Notes under the pieces: generated by a model
Told to the model about the DNA's origin: nothing
Database searches by the model: none
Seen by the model: the letters and a program-made list of their open reading frames with translations, nothing else
In this document: positions 41,822 through 51,717 of the stretch, piece after piece
Layout of the letters: each line of letters begins with the position of its first letter
How positions within the stretch are numbered: the stretch's first letter is position 1
Assembly (NCBI GenBank): GCA_044344255.1
Contig: JBIJDH010000012.1
Coordinates: forward strand, 128,001-192,000
Origin: Myxococcota bacterium
Lineage (GTDB): Bacteria; Myxococcota_A; UBA796; UBA2385
Length of the DNA stretch: 64,000 nucleotides
Direction of reading: 5' to 3'
Translations under genes and position numbers: made by a program

Positions 41822-42585
41822 GGGACCTCGTCCACCCGCACCACGACCACGGTGATGTTGTCGTCCCCGCCGCGGCTGCAGGCGAGCTCGATCAACCGTC
41901 GAGCGCCCTCCTGCGGACCATGATCGAGCGCCGCTTCGCCCATCTCGCTGGCCTCCACGAGGTTGGAGAGGCCGTCGGAGCAGAGGATGTACCGATCTCC
42001 GCGACGGACGGCGCGGACGCCGATGTCGATCTCGACGTCCTCCATGTAGCCGAGCGAGCGGGTGATGATGTTCTTGAGCTTGTGGTTCTTCGCCTCCTCC
42101 GGCGTGAGGAGGCCTGCCTTGATCTTCTCGTTGACGAGCGAGTGATCCTCGGTGAGCTGCTCGATGCGGCCGTCGCGCACGCAGTACCCGCGGGAGTCGC
42201 CGACGTGGGCGATGTAGGCGTTCCCGCCGTCGATCAGGAGGGCGAGGCAGGTGGTGCCCATGCCCTTGTACTCGGGCTCCTCGGTGGCCTTCTCAAAGAT
42301 GCGCTTCCCCGCTAGCCGGATCGCATACCGGAGCTTCTCCCGAGCGATCTCTACCGGGCCGTCATCCTCCTCGACCGCGAGCTCCTCGGGGCGGAACTCG
42401 TGGGAGGTCAACACCTCCTCGACGGTGTTCACGGCGATCGCGCTCGCGAATTCACCGCCAACGTGCCCACCCATACCGTCGCAGACGACGAACAGGTTGA
42501 GCTCGTCGTTGATCAGGTAATTGTCCTCGTTGTTGGTACGCTTGACACCGACATCGGTGACGCCACAAGAGGTGATCCGCATCAT
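41818..42585 (-). CDS. PP2C-family Ser/Thr protein phosphatase
   Basis: RTNNED, DGMGGH, GMGTT, HVGDSR, CSDGL, GGDDNIT. Confidence 0.95.
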   Translation of the reverse strand: MMRITSCGVTDVGVKRTNNEDNYLINDELNLFVVCDGMGGHVGGEFASAIAVNTVEEVLTSHEFRPEELAVEEDDGPVEIAREKLRYAIRLAGKRIFEKATEEPEYKGMGTTCLALLIDGGNAYIAHVGDSRGYCVRDGRIEQLTEDHSLVNEKIKAGLLTPEEAKNHKLKNIITRSLGYMEDVEIDIGVRAVRRGDRYILCSDGLSNLVEASEMGEAALDHGPQEGARRLIELACSRGGDDNITVVVVRVDEVP

Positions 42586-42702
42586 GCGCTCCGAACCGCG
42601 GTGCGCGTCCGGAGCAGGAGGCTCCGACACCGCTCCGAGGCGTGAATTCGATAAGGTAATGCCCGGCGGGCGGGGACGTCCAACCGAGATCGGCCCCCCT
42701 CG

Positions 42703-43581
42703 TCAAACGGGCTCGCACCCAGGATCGGGCGCTGCGTCGAGGGGGGCGACGAGGGGGGCGACGAGGGGGGCGACGAGGCAGGCCGTGAGCCGCTCGAGCT
42801 CGCCGAGGCTGAGCTCGGCGGGGCGACGGTTGGGATCGATCTTCGCGTCCAGCAGCGCCTGATCGACGTGCGCGCGATCCCAGCGGGTCGACAGCGGGTT
42901 GCGGATCGACTTCCGCGGCGCCGAGAAGGCCACCCGCGCGACACGCTCGAGGGCATCCGCGTCGGCCACCCGGGGCGCGGCGAGGAGCTCGAGCACCACC
43001 ACCGCGGAGTCGACCTTGGGGGGCGGGTGGAAGCAGCCCGGCGGCACCTTCAGGGCCACCTTGCCGATCGCGCGGGCCTCGACGAAGACGGAGAGCGAGC
43101 CCCGATCGCGATCTCCAGCCGGCGCCACGAGGCGCAGGGCCACCTCCCGCTGCACCATCACGACGACCCGCCCGAAGGTGGCGGGCTCTCGGAGCAGCGA
43201 GAGGAGGATCGTCGTCCCCACGTTGTAGGGCAGGTTCGCGACCACCGTCCAGCCGGGCCCGCCGAGCAGGGCCGACCAGTCGGAGATGGCGGCGGCGTCC
43301 GCCTCGACGAGGCGAAAGCGCGGGTTGTCGCCGAAGCGCTCCCGGTTGATGGCCGCCATGTCACGATCCAGCTCGACGGCCACCACCGTGGCGCCCGTCT
43401 CGAGCAGGAGCTCGGTCATCACGCCCAGGCCGGGCCCAATCTCCAGCACCTTCGAGCCCGGACCGACCCCGCCGAGCGCGACGATGCGCCGGACGACACC
43501 CTCCGCGGCGAGGAAGTGCTGGCCGAAGCGCTTTCGCGCCTGGCCGCCGAAGCGTCGGAGGATCGAGGTGGGGTGCTCCAT
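42703..43581 (-). CDS. rsmA: 16S rRNA m6,2A dimethyltransferase
   Basis: KRFGQHFL, EIGPGLG, ANLPYN, F.PPPKVDS; TGATG overlap with tsaD. Confidence 0.95.
   Translation of the reverse strand: MEHPTSILRRFGGQARKRFGQHFLAAEGVVRRIVALGGVGPGSKVLEIGPGLGVMTELLLETGATVVAVELDRDMAAINRERFGDNPRFRLVEADAAAISDWSALLGGPGWTVVANLPYNVGTTILLSLLREPATFGRVVVMVQREVALRLVAPAGDRDRGSLSVFVEARAIGKVALKVPPGCFHPPPKVDSAVVVLELLAAPRVADADALERVARVAFSAPRKSIRNPLSTRWDRAHVDQALLDAKIDPNRRPAELSLGELERLTACLVAPLVAPLVAPLDAAPDPGCEPV
42738..42778 (+). repeat. 12-bp tandem repeat (CGAGGGGGGCGA x3.4) encoding LVAP repeats at the RsmA C-terminus
   Basis: Read directly from the sequence. Confidence 0.9.
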
Positions 43582-44588
43582 CAGGTCCCTGGGGCCCAGC
43601 TCGGGCGCGCGTTCAGGCTGAGCGGGTCGCTGCGACCGGCGAGGAGGTGCAGGCGCCCACAGTGGGCGATCATCGCGCCATTGTCCGTGCATCGCTCGCG
43701 CGGGGGGAGGAAGACCTCGAGCGGCAGGCCCTGGAGGCGGGCCCGCAGCCGGCTGTTCGCGGCCACCCCGCCGCCGATGGCCACCCGCGGGATGCCCGTC
43801 TCCCGGGCGGCCCGCAGCACCCGGTCGCAGAGCACATCGACCACGGCCTCCTGGAAGGAGCAGGCGACGTCAGCGTCTGCGGCCCGGTCGGGGCTCGCGA
43901 GGTGCACGCGCACCGCGGACTTGAGGCCCGAGAAAGAGAGGTCGAGCGGACCGCCGCGCATCACCTCTCGTCGCCGCTGGATCAGGTGTTCACCCACGAG
44001 GCGCGCGCGCGGAAACTCAAGGATGTCTCTCCCCTCTCTCGCGAGGCGATCGATCGCTGGACCGCCGGGGTAGCCGAGGCCCATCATGCGGGCCACCTTG
44101 TCGTAGGCCTCGCCCGCCGCGTCATCGATGGTCTGGGCCAGCACCTCATAGCGGCCCACCTCCCGCGCGAGGTACAGCGAGCTGTGACCGCCGGACACGA
44201 CGAGCGAGAGGAACGGAAAGGCGGGCGCGGGATCTTCGAGGAGGGGGCTCAGCAGGTGCGCCTCGAGGTGGTTGACCCCGATGAAGGGCACCCCCCAGCC
44301 CGCCGCCAAGGCCTTGCCCATCCCGAGGCCGACGAGGATCGCCCCGATGAGGCCGGGCCCGGCGGTGGCGGCGACGGCGTCGGGGCGCTCGACCCCCGCC
44401 GAATCGAGGGCCGCGACCACGGTGGGCACGATCTTCTCGATGTGGGCCCGGCTGGCGAGCTCGGGAACCACCCCGCCATACGCGGCGTGTACGGCCTGGC
44501 TGTGGATGACGTCGCTCCGCACCCCCCCGCCGTCGACGACGGCCGCGGCGGTCTCGTCGCAGCTCGTCTCGATGCCCAGCACCACCAT
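43581..44588 (-). CDS. tsaD: tRNA threonylcarbamoyltransferase TsaD
   Basis: LGIETSCDET, GGVVPELASRAH, HLEAH, DDAAGEAYDK, GGVAAN, CTDNGAM. Confidence 0.97.
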   Translation of the reverse strand: MVVLGIETSCDETAAAVVDGGGVRSDVIHSQAVHAAYGGVVPELASRAHIEKIVPTVVAALDSAGVERPDAVAATAGPGLIGAILVGLGMGKALAAGWGVPFIGVNHLEAHLLSPLLEDPAPAFPFLSLVVSGGHSSLYLAREVGRYEVLAQTIDDAAGEAYDKVARMMGLGYPGGPAIDRLAREGRDILEFPRARLVGEHLIQRRREVMRGGPLDLSFSGLKSAVRVHLASPDRAADADVACSFQEAVVDVLCDRVLRAARETGIPRVAIGGGVAANSRLRARLQGLPLEVFLPPRERCTDNGAMIAHCGRLHLLAGRSDPLSLNARPSWAPGT

Positions 44589-44638
44589 CTCGCGCTCCCC
44601 TGGGCCCGAGCCCTGGCAACCCCCGCCCACACAGCGAT

Positions 44639-44677
44639 CCCGCTGAACCAAACCCGCTGAACCAAACCCGCTGAACC
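44639..44677 (+). repeat. 14-bp tandem repeat (CCCGCTGAACCAAA x2.8) upstream of tsaD
   Basis: Copies start at 44639, 44653 and 44667. Confidence 0.9.
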
Positions 44678-44693
44678 GACCCCGACCGACCCT

Positions 44694-46244
44694 TCAGGGG
44701 CGGGCGGGCCCGTGGACCACACGCGGGAGGTAGGCCGCATAATCGAAGCGGCCCTCGTCGCGCACCCCGTCGTGACAAGCGGTGCAGGCGGTCGCGCCGT
44801 CGAGGGGGCGGGGCGGCGTGGTCGCGGGTGCGGCGGCGTGCGCTCGCCCCGGGCCGTGACAGGACTCACAGCCGACGTCCTTCAGCTCGCCCACCTCGGC
44901 CGGGCTGGAGGGGCCGCCGGGCTGCTCGGCGCCGGTGGCGTGGCAGCTAAAGCAGGCCTGGTCTCCCGAACGGCCCTGGGCCTGCAGCGTGGCCCAAGCG
45001 CGCGCGTGGGCGGTGCCGCGCCACTGCGCCGTCTCGGCGGGGTGGCAGCCCGCGCAGGCGGGCGACCCGACGTAGGGGCCTGCTTGGAGGGAGGCGACCT
45101 GCGCGGCCGGGGTGGCCGGGGTGGCCGCCGCCGTGCCGTCGATCTTCAGCTTCACCTCCGCCACCCGCGCCGCGATCTCCGCGTCGTCGGCGATGGTGGC
45201 GTCGAGGCCGACCAGGGTGGAGCGGATGTCGTGGGCGGGGCTCGCGGTCCCCTCGGTGGCGGCCTCGAGCTGAGCGGAGAGCCGCGCGACCTCACCCTCG
45301 AAGTAGACCACCCGCTTCTTCTTTCGTTCGTAGCCCGGCGTACCGGCCGGCTCCTTCGCGAGCTCGGCCTCGGCGGCCTTCTGCCGCGCGCGGGTGCGGT
45401 CGACCTGGGAGGCCAGCGCGGAGCGGGCGTCGGCCGAGCGGAAGCCGTGGGCCCCGGGCACGAGGGTGAGCGCGGCCACGCCGAGCGACTTGCCGCGGCT
45501 TCCCGAGGCGAGGCCCAGGCTGTCAGCGTCAAGCGAGCGGGGCGGGCTGTACTGAGCGCTGGTGCCCCCGGCGACCACGAGGTCGAGGCCAGGGACGGCG
45601 GAGAGGCGCGGGAGATCATCGGCCACCAGCTGGCTGAGAGCGACGATGACATCGACGTCGCCGAGGGCCCGAACGGCCGCCTCCGCGGCGGCGATGGGGT
45701 CGCCCACGACGCAGCCATCGGGGACCCGCGCACCCTGGCCGATCAGCCCGACGAGGCCCACGCGCAGGTCAGCCTGCTCGGCCACTCGCGTCGACGGCCA
45801 GGGCGCCTCCCCGTCACAGCGGAGGTTCGCCGCCAACATCGGCACGCCGGTCCGCTGCACGGTCTCCCGCAGCCAGGGGAGCCCCAGCGCGAGGTCACCC
45901 TCCCCAGGGACGAGGCCGTCCAGCCCACCCTTGGCGTAGGCCTCGAGGATGAGCTCTCCTTTGATGCGGAGCTGCTCGACCTTGGCCTCGGCGACCATCG
46001 GGGAGCGCCAGGCGAAGTTTCCGCCGTCCACCACAAAGACCGGCCCCTTGGCCCTCGCCTCCTTGATCACCGTCGCACGCCGGGGCAGACCGCCCTGGGG
46101 GTGCTTGGGTCAGCCACAGGGCTCGATCTCTCCCTCGACATCGTGCGAATAGACCAGCGTGAAGGCCCGATCCGTGCCCTGCGTGCTGGCGCCGTTGCCC
46201 CCGCAGGCCCCGAGCGCGAGCAGCGGTATCCAGTGCGCCTTCAT
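44694..46244 (-). CDS. Predicted selenocysteine-containing lipoprotein: UshA/5'-nucleotidase-like domain (C43-G-U45) fused to a tetraheme c554-like cytochrome (516 aa)
   Basis: ATG 46244 overlaps the upstream stop (ATGA); lipobox LGAC; a single in-frame TGA at 46110-46112 in 'EIEPCG*PKHPQGGLPRR'; hemes CAGCH, CFSCH, CESCH, CTACH. Confidence 0.85.
46075..46104 (-). promoter_or_regulatory. Candidate bacterial SECIS hairpin
   Basis: GCAC...GUGC lower stem and GGGC-[GGUCU]-GCCC upper stem; the apical loop starts with G, 18 nt after the UGA. Confidence 0.7.
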
Positions 46245-47815
46245 CGTTGCTGCTCCACTCCGCTCGGCCGCTCGGGGAGCCGCGGGCCTCCCGGCGGTCC
46301 ACCAGACGGAGGGGCGCCACCGGCTTCGGGTGCGGGCTCCTCGGCGACCGAGGGGATGCGCTCCTTTCGAGCCGCCTTCTCCGAGTCTCGCTCCCCCTTT
46401 CGATTGCCCTCGCGGATCAGGTCGCGGATCACGCTCAGCACTCGCAGATCGACGAGGTAGACCGACCGGTCGTCACCCACCGAGACATACCGCCGCTCGC
46501 GGGGGTGCCCCTCCGGATCGGCCTCGGCGGGCCCGGCGCTGCCCACCCGCACCACCCGAGTGTTGCCGGCGGCGTCGGTGAGGGTGACCACGGCGACCGG
46601 GTTGTCGAGGCCGTAGGTGGCGAGGTTGGTGGCGGCGTCGGTCACGAAGGACTCGACCTGGAGGTCGGCCAGGGTCTCGGCCACCCGCTCGGGGGTGCTG
46701 CCGGGGACGGGCACGCCGTCGCGCCACACCCACTGCTCAGCGGCGTAGCGGACACCCTGCTGACCGGCGAGGTCCTCATCGGGGGGCTCGGCGCGCAGCG
46801 TGGCGTCGACCCCGGTCACGTCTGCTGCCTTCATGCTGACGATCTTCCGGTTTCGAAGCTCCGTCGGGTCTTCCGAGAACTCCTCGAGCAGGCCCCGCCG
46901 CGCGACGTAGACCGTGTCATCGCCCGAGAGCATCATGTAGGCCAGCTCTTCAAAGCGGCTCTCGGCGGGAGCGTCCTTGCCGACGAGCAGCCGCAGAGGC
47001 TCCCGAGAGGCGAAGGTGACGGTGATGTCGGCGCGGGGCTCGGCGAGCCCGTACTCGGCCAGCTTATCCGCGGGGGCCCCGGCCTCGAGCTGGATGAAGC
47101 TGTCCGCCTTCAGCGCGCTCACCCGGCCGAAGAGGCGACGGACGCGGTCGTCCTCCGCGCCCATCTCGACCGGCTTGTGCATCTGCCACTGCCGCTCGCC
47201 GACACCCTCGATGACGAGGTCTCGGGTCACTCCGTCCAGGCGGAGCGAGGCGGAGATGCCAGTGGCGTCCTTGCCGTCGAAGCTCGCGAAGCGGCGCTCG
47301 CGGAACTCTTCCAGCGTGAGCCCGTAGTAGTCCACCGCCGACTTCTTGACCGTGTAGACCATCGAGCCCGGCACGGGCTGGATGTAGTAGCTGACCGCGG
47401 TGGGGTTCGGATCACCGGCCAGGAACTCGAGGCTGCGCCCGTCCCGGAGGGTGAGCACGACGTGGATCGCGTTGGCGCCCAGGCCGTAGAGCTCAGGCTC
47501 CTCGGGATCCTCGATCACGGTGGCCCGGGCGGTGAGGTCGTGGATCTGGTGCTTGACCCGGTTCACCATCGAGCGGCCGGCGGTGAAGTCGGTCCCCTCG
47601 ATCGTCCATTCGCCGTCCTTCTCCACGAGCGCGATGGTCGGCTTCTTCGGGTTCTGGACCTCGATGCGCACGAGGTCCTGCTTCTCGAAGGTGAAGAGGC
47701 GGGTCTCCTCGACGGTGACCTTCGTCTGGAACAGCTCCGGCTTGACGATCCGCACGACCACCGCGCAGAGGACGAGCACCAGGAGCGCGATCAGCGTCCC
47801 TCGAAAAGCCTTCAC
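46241..47815 (-). CDS. DUF4340-type protein (ABC accessory, repeated domains)
   Basis: N-terminal TM; three 'YGL' repeat units ('ELYGL', 'AEYGL', 'ATYGL'); follows a GldG-like gene. Confidence 0.75.
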   Translation of the reverse strand: MKAFRGTLIALLVLVLCAVVVRIVKPELFQTKVTVEETRLFTFEKQDLVRIEVQNPKKPTIALVEKDGEWTIEGTDFTAGRSMVNRVKHQIHDLTARATVIEDPEEPELYGLGANAIHVVLTLRDGRSLEFLAGDPNPTAVSYYIQPVPGSMVYTVKKSAVDYYGLTLEEFRERRFASFDGKDATGISASLRLDGVTRDLVIEGVGERQWQMHKPVEMGAEDDRVRRLFGRVSALKADSFIQLEAGAPADKLAEYGLAEPRADITVTFASREPLRLLVGKDAPAESRFEELAYMMLSGDDTVYVARRGLLEEFSEDPTELRNRKIVSMKAADVTGVDATLRAEPPDEDLAGQQGVRYAAEQWVWRDGVPVPGSTPERVAETLADLQVESFVTDAATNLATYGLDNPVAVVTLTDAAGNTRVVRVGSAGPAEADPEGHPRERRYVSVGDDRSVYLVDLRVLSVIRDLIREGNRKGERDSEKAARKERIPSVAEEPAPEAGGAPPSGGPPGGPRLPERPSGVEQQR

Positions 47816-49293
47816 CGCCCCCTCCGCGTGAACCAGGTGCCGATGCCGATCAACAGCACGACGATCGGCATGAAGCCGAGGCAGATCAGCCGCACCATGC
47901 CCATCTCCTCTTCGGTCAGCGCGAGGCGCCGGACCTGCGCGGCTCGCCCGACCCCGCCGGTGTCGACGCCGAGGCGCCGGTCCTCACCCGTGAGCCAGTG
48001 GACGCTGTTGACCGCAAAGGCGCCGTTGCCGGGCCCCTCGGCGAGCATCGCGTTGGTGAAGGCGTCACCGTCGCCCACAATGAGGATCCGGGCCGCGGTC
48101 TTGCTCGAGCGGACGAGGCCCTTGCCCGGCTGGAGCTCGAGGGCCACGGCCATGTCGACCGGACCGGCGCCGTCGATCGTGGGCTCGTAGACCGCCGCTC
48201 CGCCGACCACCTTCCCGCCTCGGTCGATCCAGCCTTCGCGGCTGCTCACGAGCACGGGGGACACCCGCAGCCCCTCCGGAGGGGGAGCGGCGACTTGGAC
48301 GGGCGCCGGGTGCGCGAGGATGGTGGTGAGCTTGTTGGCCGAGAGATCGGCGGTGATGGGGTGGCTCTTGTACCGGGGGATGGGGCGATCCCGATAGGGC
48401 ACCTGCATCTCCGGCTGGAGGGCCACCCCCTCGGGGATGCGCACCCCGAGCCGGTCGAACAGGACGGGGACGGGGGTCCCCACGTCGATGGCGAAGAGCA
48501 CAGCGCCGCCGCGGCCGACCCAGGCCAGCAGCGTGTCCTCCTCTTGCGGCGTGAGGGCCGCGCGCGGGCGAGCCACGAAGACCACCGAGGCGTCATCGGG
48601 GATTCGGGGGAGCTCCCCCTCGCGCGTGGTGGCGAGCAGGTTCAGGGGCTCGGCGTCGTAGCGCTCCTGATCGAGGGCAGCCACGAGGTCAGAGATGCCG
48701 TCGGGGCCGCGATCTTCAGGGTCAAGCTCCCCGTGCCCGGAGAGGATGTAGACGGTGCGCCGGGTGGGGGACATGAGCTGGGCGAAGCCGCGGCTGAGCG
48801 CCCCCTCTCCCAGGAATTCGATCCTGCGCCCCTCGGCCTTGCCGGCGCGACGAAAGAGGTCGCGGTCCTTCAAGTCGACACGATCCTTGCCGCGCTGGAT
48901 GACGACGTGACCGTACTCGGTGACGCCGAGGTCTTCGGCGGTCAGCCGCTCCTGGTCAAAGTTCACCTGCCGCCAGGTGATGACCTTGCTCTCCGCGCCG
49001 ACGCTGCGGAGGAGGTCCTTCATCGCACGGTCCTTGAAGTAGCTGTCCTCCTTGCCGTTCTGGTTCGTGAAGGCGGTGACCGTGACGGGCTCGCCGTCGG
49101 TGTCGAGCAGGCGCAGCTTCTCGACCGTCTCCAGCTGGAGCGTGTTGCTCGCGCCCTCGGAGAGATCGAGGCGGCTGCGGTAGTGATCGGCCAGCACATA
49201 GACCAGCACCAGCACCGCGAGGACCATGACGGTGACGAGCGAGGCGTTGGACCCGTAGGTCAACACCCGCCGTGTGGACTGTCTCACCGCCAC
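47812..49293 (-). CDS. GldG-like ABC transporter auxiliary protein
   Basis: 'RLDLS...TL...T', 'YILSGHGE', 'IVGDGD', 'GNGAFAVNSVHWL', C-terminal TM followed by RRGR. Confidence 0.85.
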   Translation of the reverse strand: MAVRQSTRRVLTYGSNASLVTVMVLAVLVLVYVLADHYRSRLDLSEGASNTLQLETVEKLRLLDTDGEPVTVTAFTNQNGKEDSYFKDRAMKDLLRSVGAESKVITWRQVNFDQERLTAEDLGVTEYGHVVIQRGKDRVDLKDRDLFRRAGKAEGRRIEFLGEGALSRGFAQLMSPTRRTVYILSGHGELDPEDRGPDGISDLVAALDQERYDAEPLNLLATTREGELPRIPDDASVVFVARPRAALTPQEEDTLLAWVGRGGAVLFAIDVGTPVPVLFDRLGVRIPEGVALQPEMQVPYRDRPIPRYKSHPITADLSANKLTTILAHPAPVQVAAPPPEGLRVSPVLVSSREGWIDRGGKVVGGAAVYEPTIDGAGPVDMAVALELQPGKGLVRSSKTAARILIVGDGDAFTNAMLAEGPGNGAFAVNSVHWLTGEDRRLGVDTGGVGRAAQVRRLALTEEEMGMVRLICLGFMPIVVLLIGIGTWFTRRGR

Positions 49294-49997
49294 CTCCGAG
49301 ACTCGATGCTCCGCCAGGTCAAGAAGAGGAAGGCGAAGGTGAAGAGCACGAACCAGAGCACGTCGGCGGAGTCGATCACCCCGCGGGTGAAGGGCTCGAC
49401 GTGGGTGAGAAAGGCGATGTGCCGCATCGTGGTCCGCAGCCAGTCCACGCTCACCATGTCAGCGGCGGTGCCGGCCAGCCAGAAGGGCAGGAGCAGGATC
49501 ACCCCCCCCAGGCCCGCCGCGACGGGCTCGTCGGTGAGGCTGGAGCTGAACAGACCGGCGGAGACGAAGGCCGCGCAACAGAGGAAGAGGCCGAGGTAGC
49601 TCGTGGCGATGATCCCCCAGTCCGGATCGCCATAATAGGCGAGCACCAGCGGGAAGATCCCCGTGCCCGCCAGCAAGAGCACGCAGAGCATCAGGCTCGC
49701 CGCCCACTTGCCGGTGAGGAGGGCCCAGAGGGGAACCGGGGCGGTCATCATCAGCTCGAAGGTGCCGCTGCGCCGCTCTTCCGCGAAGTGTTTCATCGTC
49801 AGCAGCGGCAGAAGGAACAGCAACGTGACCGACAGGTTGCCGAGCATCACCCGGAGGCTGGCCTCCCCCGTCATCGAGATGCCGAGGTAGAAGAACAGTC
49901 CCGCGAGGAACAGAAAGACGCCGAGAAAGACGTACGCGAGCGGGCTCACGAAGTAGACCCGCATCTCTTTCTTGAAGATGGCCCAAGCGATGCTCAT
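49284..49997 (-). CDS. GldF-like ABC-2 permease
   Basis: 'IFKKEMRVYFVSPLAY', 'LTMKHFAEERRSGTFELMMTAPV', 'FTRGVID'. Confidence 0.9.
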   Translation of the reverse strand: MSIAWAIFKKEMRVYFVSPLAYVFLGVFLFLAGLFFYLGISMTGEASLRVMLGNLSVTLLFLLPLLTMKHFAEERRSGTFELMMTAPVPLWALLTGKWAASLMLCVLLLAGTGIFPLVLAYYGDPDWGIIATSYLGLFLCCAAFVSAGLFSSSLTDEPVAAGLGGVILLLPFWLAGTAADMVSVDWLRTTMRHIAFLTHVEPFTRGVIDSADVLWFVLFTFAFLFLTWRSIESRRWR

Positions 49998-50057
49998 TCC
50001 CCTCCCCTCGACCTTCTCATGAGTCCGAATCCCGCGCGAGATCCCCGGAGGGGCAGA

Positions 50058-50996
50058 TCAACGCTCCTGGCCGACGATGGCGAGGAAGGCTTCTTCCAGC
50101 GTGGGCTGATGGCGCTCCATGGCGCGGATGCTCCACGCAGACTCGGTAGCGAGGCGGGCGACGGCGGTGCGCGGATCGGCGCTGGCCCGCAGCTCGAGCA
50201 CTTGGAAGCCGTCGGCCTCCCCGAGGGGGGTGACCCGCTCGACCATCGGGAGCGCCCCGACCCGGGTGGAGAGCCCCGCGGCGTCGAGGCCGGCGCCCGC
50301 GAGCTCCACCCGAAAGCGGATGCCCGCTCCGACCCGGTCCCGCAGCTGGTCGAGGGTGCCCTCTCCGAGCACCTTGCCGCGGCCGATGACCACCGCTCGC
50401 CGACACAGCATCTCCACCTCGGGGAGGATGTGGGTCGACAGGATGACCGTGCGGTCGACGGCCAGGGCGCGGATGAACTCGCGAATGCCCACCACCTGAC
50501 CGGGATCGAGGCCGCTCGTGGGCTCATCGAGGATGAGCACCTCGGGGTCATGCAGCACGGCTTGGGCGAGCCCGACCCGCTGCCGATAGCCCTTGGACAA
50601 GGAGCCGAGGACCCGGCCCTCCCAGCCCTGTAGGCCCACCTTCTCCATCACCTCCCCGATCTTCTTCGAGCGGCTCTTCGCGGGGACCTCTCGGATCTCC
50701 GCCACGAAGTGCAGGTAGTCGCCGATGGTGAGCTCGGGGTAGAGGGGCGGCGTCTCCGGGAGGTAGCCCACACGCCGGCGGACGGACATCGGGTCTTCGA
50801 AGACGTCGAAGCCAGCGACGATGGCGCGCCCCTCAGTGGCCGGGAGGAAGCCCGTCAGCACCCGCATGGTGGTGGTCTTGCCGGCGCCGTTGGGCCCGAT
50901 GAACCCGAGGACCTCACCCTTACCGACCTCGAAGCTCACCCCGCCGACGGCCACGCGTTGACCGAAGCGTTTGACGATGCCCTGCGCTGAGATCAT
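50058..50996 (-). CDS. GldA-like ABC ATP-binding protein
   Basis: GPNGAGKTT, LSKGYRQRVG, ILDEPT, STH. Confidence 0.95.
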   Translation of the reverse strand: MISAQGIVKRFGQRVAVGGVSFEVGKGEVLGFIGPNGAGKTTTMRVLTGFLPATEGRAIVAGFDVFEDPMSVRRRVGYLPETPPLYPELTIGDYLHFVAEIREVPAKSRSKKIGEVMEKVGLQGWEGRVLGSLSKGYRQRVGLAQAVLHDPEVLILDEPTSGLDPGQVVGIREFIRALAVDRTVILSTHILPEVEMLCRRAVVIGRGKVLGEGTLDQLRDRVGAGIRFRVELAGAGLDAAGLSTRVGALPMVERVTPLGEADGFQVLELRASADPRTAVARLATESAWSIRAMERHQPTLEEAFLAIVGQER

Positions 50997-51072
50997 CGGG
51001 CTCCCGAGGTTCGGCCCCCGTGTAATCGTCATCGCCGACCGGGTAAAGGGGGAGACCTGACCGGACCCGCCG

Positions 51073-51717
51073 ATGCTTCGTCCTCGCCGAACGCGAACTC
51101 GATCCTTCTACCCTTTGGTTTTGGTGACGGCCCTCGCCGGGCCCGCCCTCGCCGCCGCCCCGCCGGAGGCCGACTCCCCGCCTGCCCCCGAGGCCCCGGC
51201 CGAAGCCGCGCTCGCCGAGACCACCGAGGTAGACCGGATCGTCGCCGTGGTCGGGGACCGCCTCGTGCTGCTCTCGGACCTCCAGGTCGAGCTCACCCTC
51301 GCCGCCCGGAGCCCCAGCCCCTTGAGCGTGCTGCGCCGTCGACAGGCCGAGCCCCTCGACATGTTGATCGACGCCGCCATCCTCCGCGGTCTGGCGGGGG
51401 AGACCTCGGTCTACCAGCCGAGCGCCGCCGAGGTGCGATCCCGCCTCGACGCCTTCCAGGCCACCTTCACCGATCCCGCCGACCTCCGACGATGGCTCGA
51501 CCAGAGCGGGCTCGACGACGAGCGCCTCCGCGGGCTGATCTACGCGCGACTGGTCGTCGAGAGGTACGTTCAGCGTAACGTCGGCCTCCCCTCCGAGGCG
51601 GCGAATGAGGGCGCGGAGGCCGCTTTTGAGCGCTACCGGCTGTGGGTCGAAGGGCAGCGGAGCGAGGCCGCGATCCGCCTGGTCACCGCTCGCCAACCCC
51701 GAACGCACTCCCCATGA
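51073..51717 (+). CDS. Exported SurA N-terminal-like chaperone domain protein
   Basis: Signal peptide (ALA), 'VDRIVAVVGDRLVLLSDL'; no PPIase domain seen. Confidence 0.65.
   Translation: MLRPRRTRTRSFYPLVLVTALAGPALAAAPPEADSPPAPEAPAEAALAETTEVDRIVAVVGDRLVLLSDLQVELTLAARSPSPLSVLRRRQAEPLDMLIDAAILRGLAGETSVYQPSAAEVRSRLDAFQATFTDPADLRRWLDQSGLDDERLRGLIYARLVVERYVQRNVGLPSEAANEGAEAAFERYRLWVEGQRSEAAIRLVTARQPRTHSP

Noticed and set aside
44694..46070. ORF-track start at GTG 46070
   Set aside because: It lacks an export signal and the first strand of the domain; the UGA-readthrough model from 46244 fits better.
47812..50996. Bacteroidota-type gliding motility locus
   Set aside because: Only generic GldA/F/G-like ABC parts are present; no gldK-N or T9SS genes.
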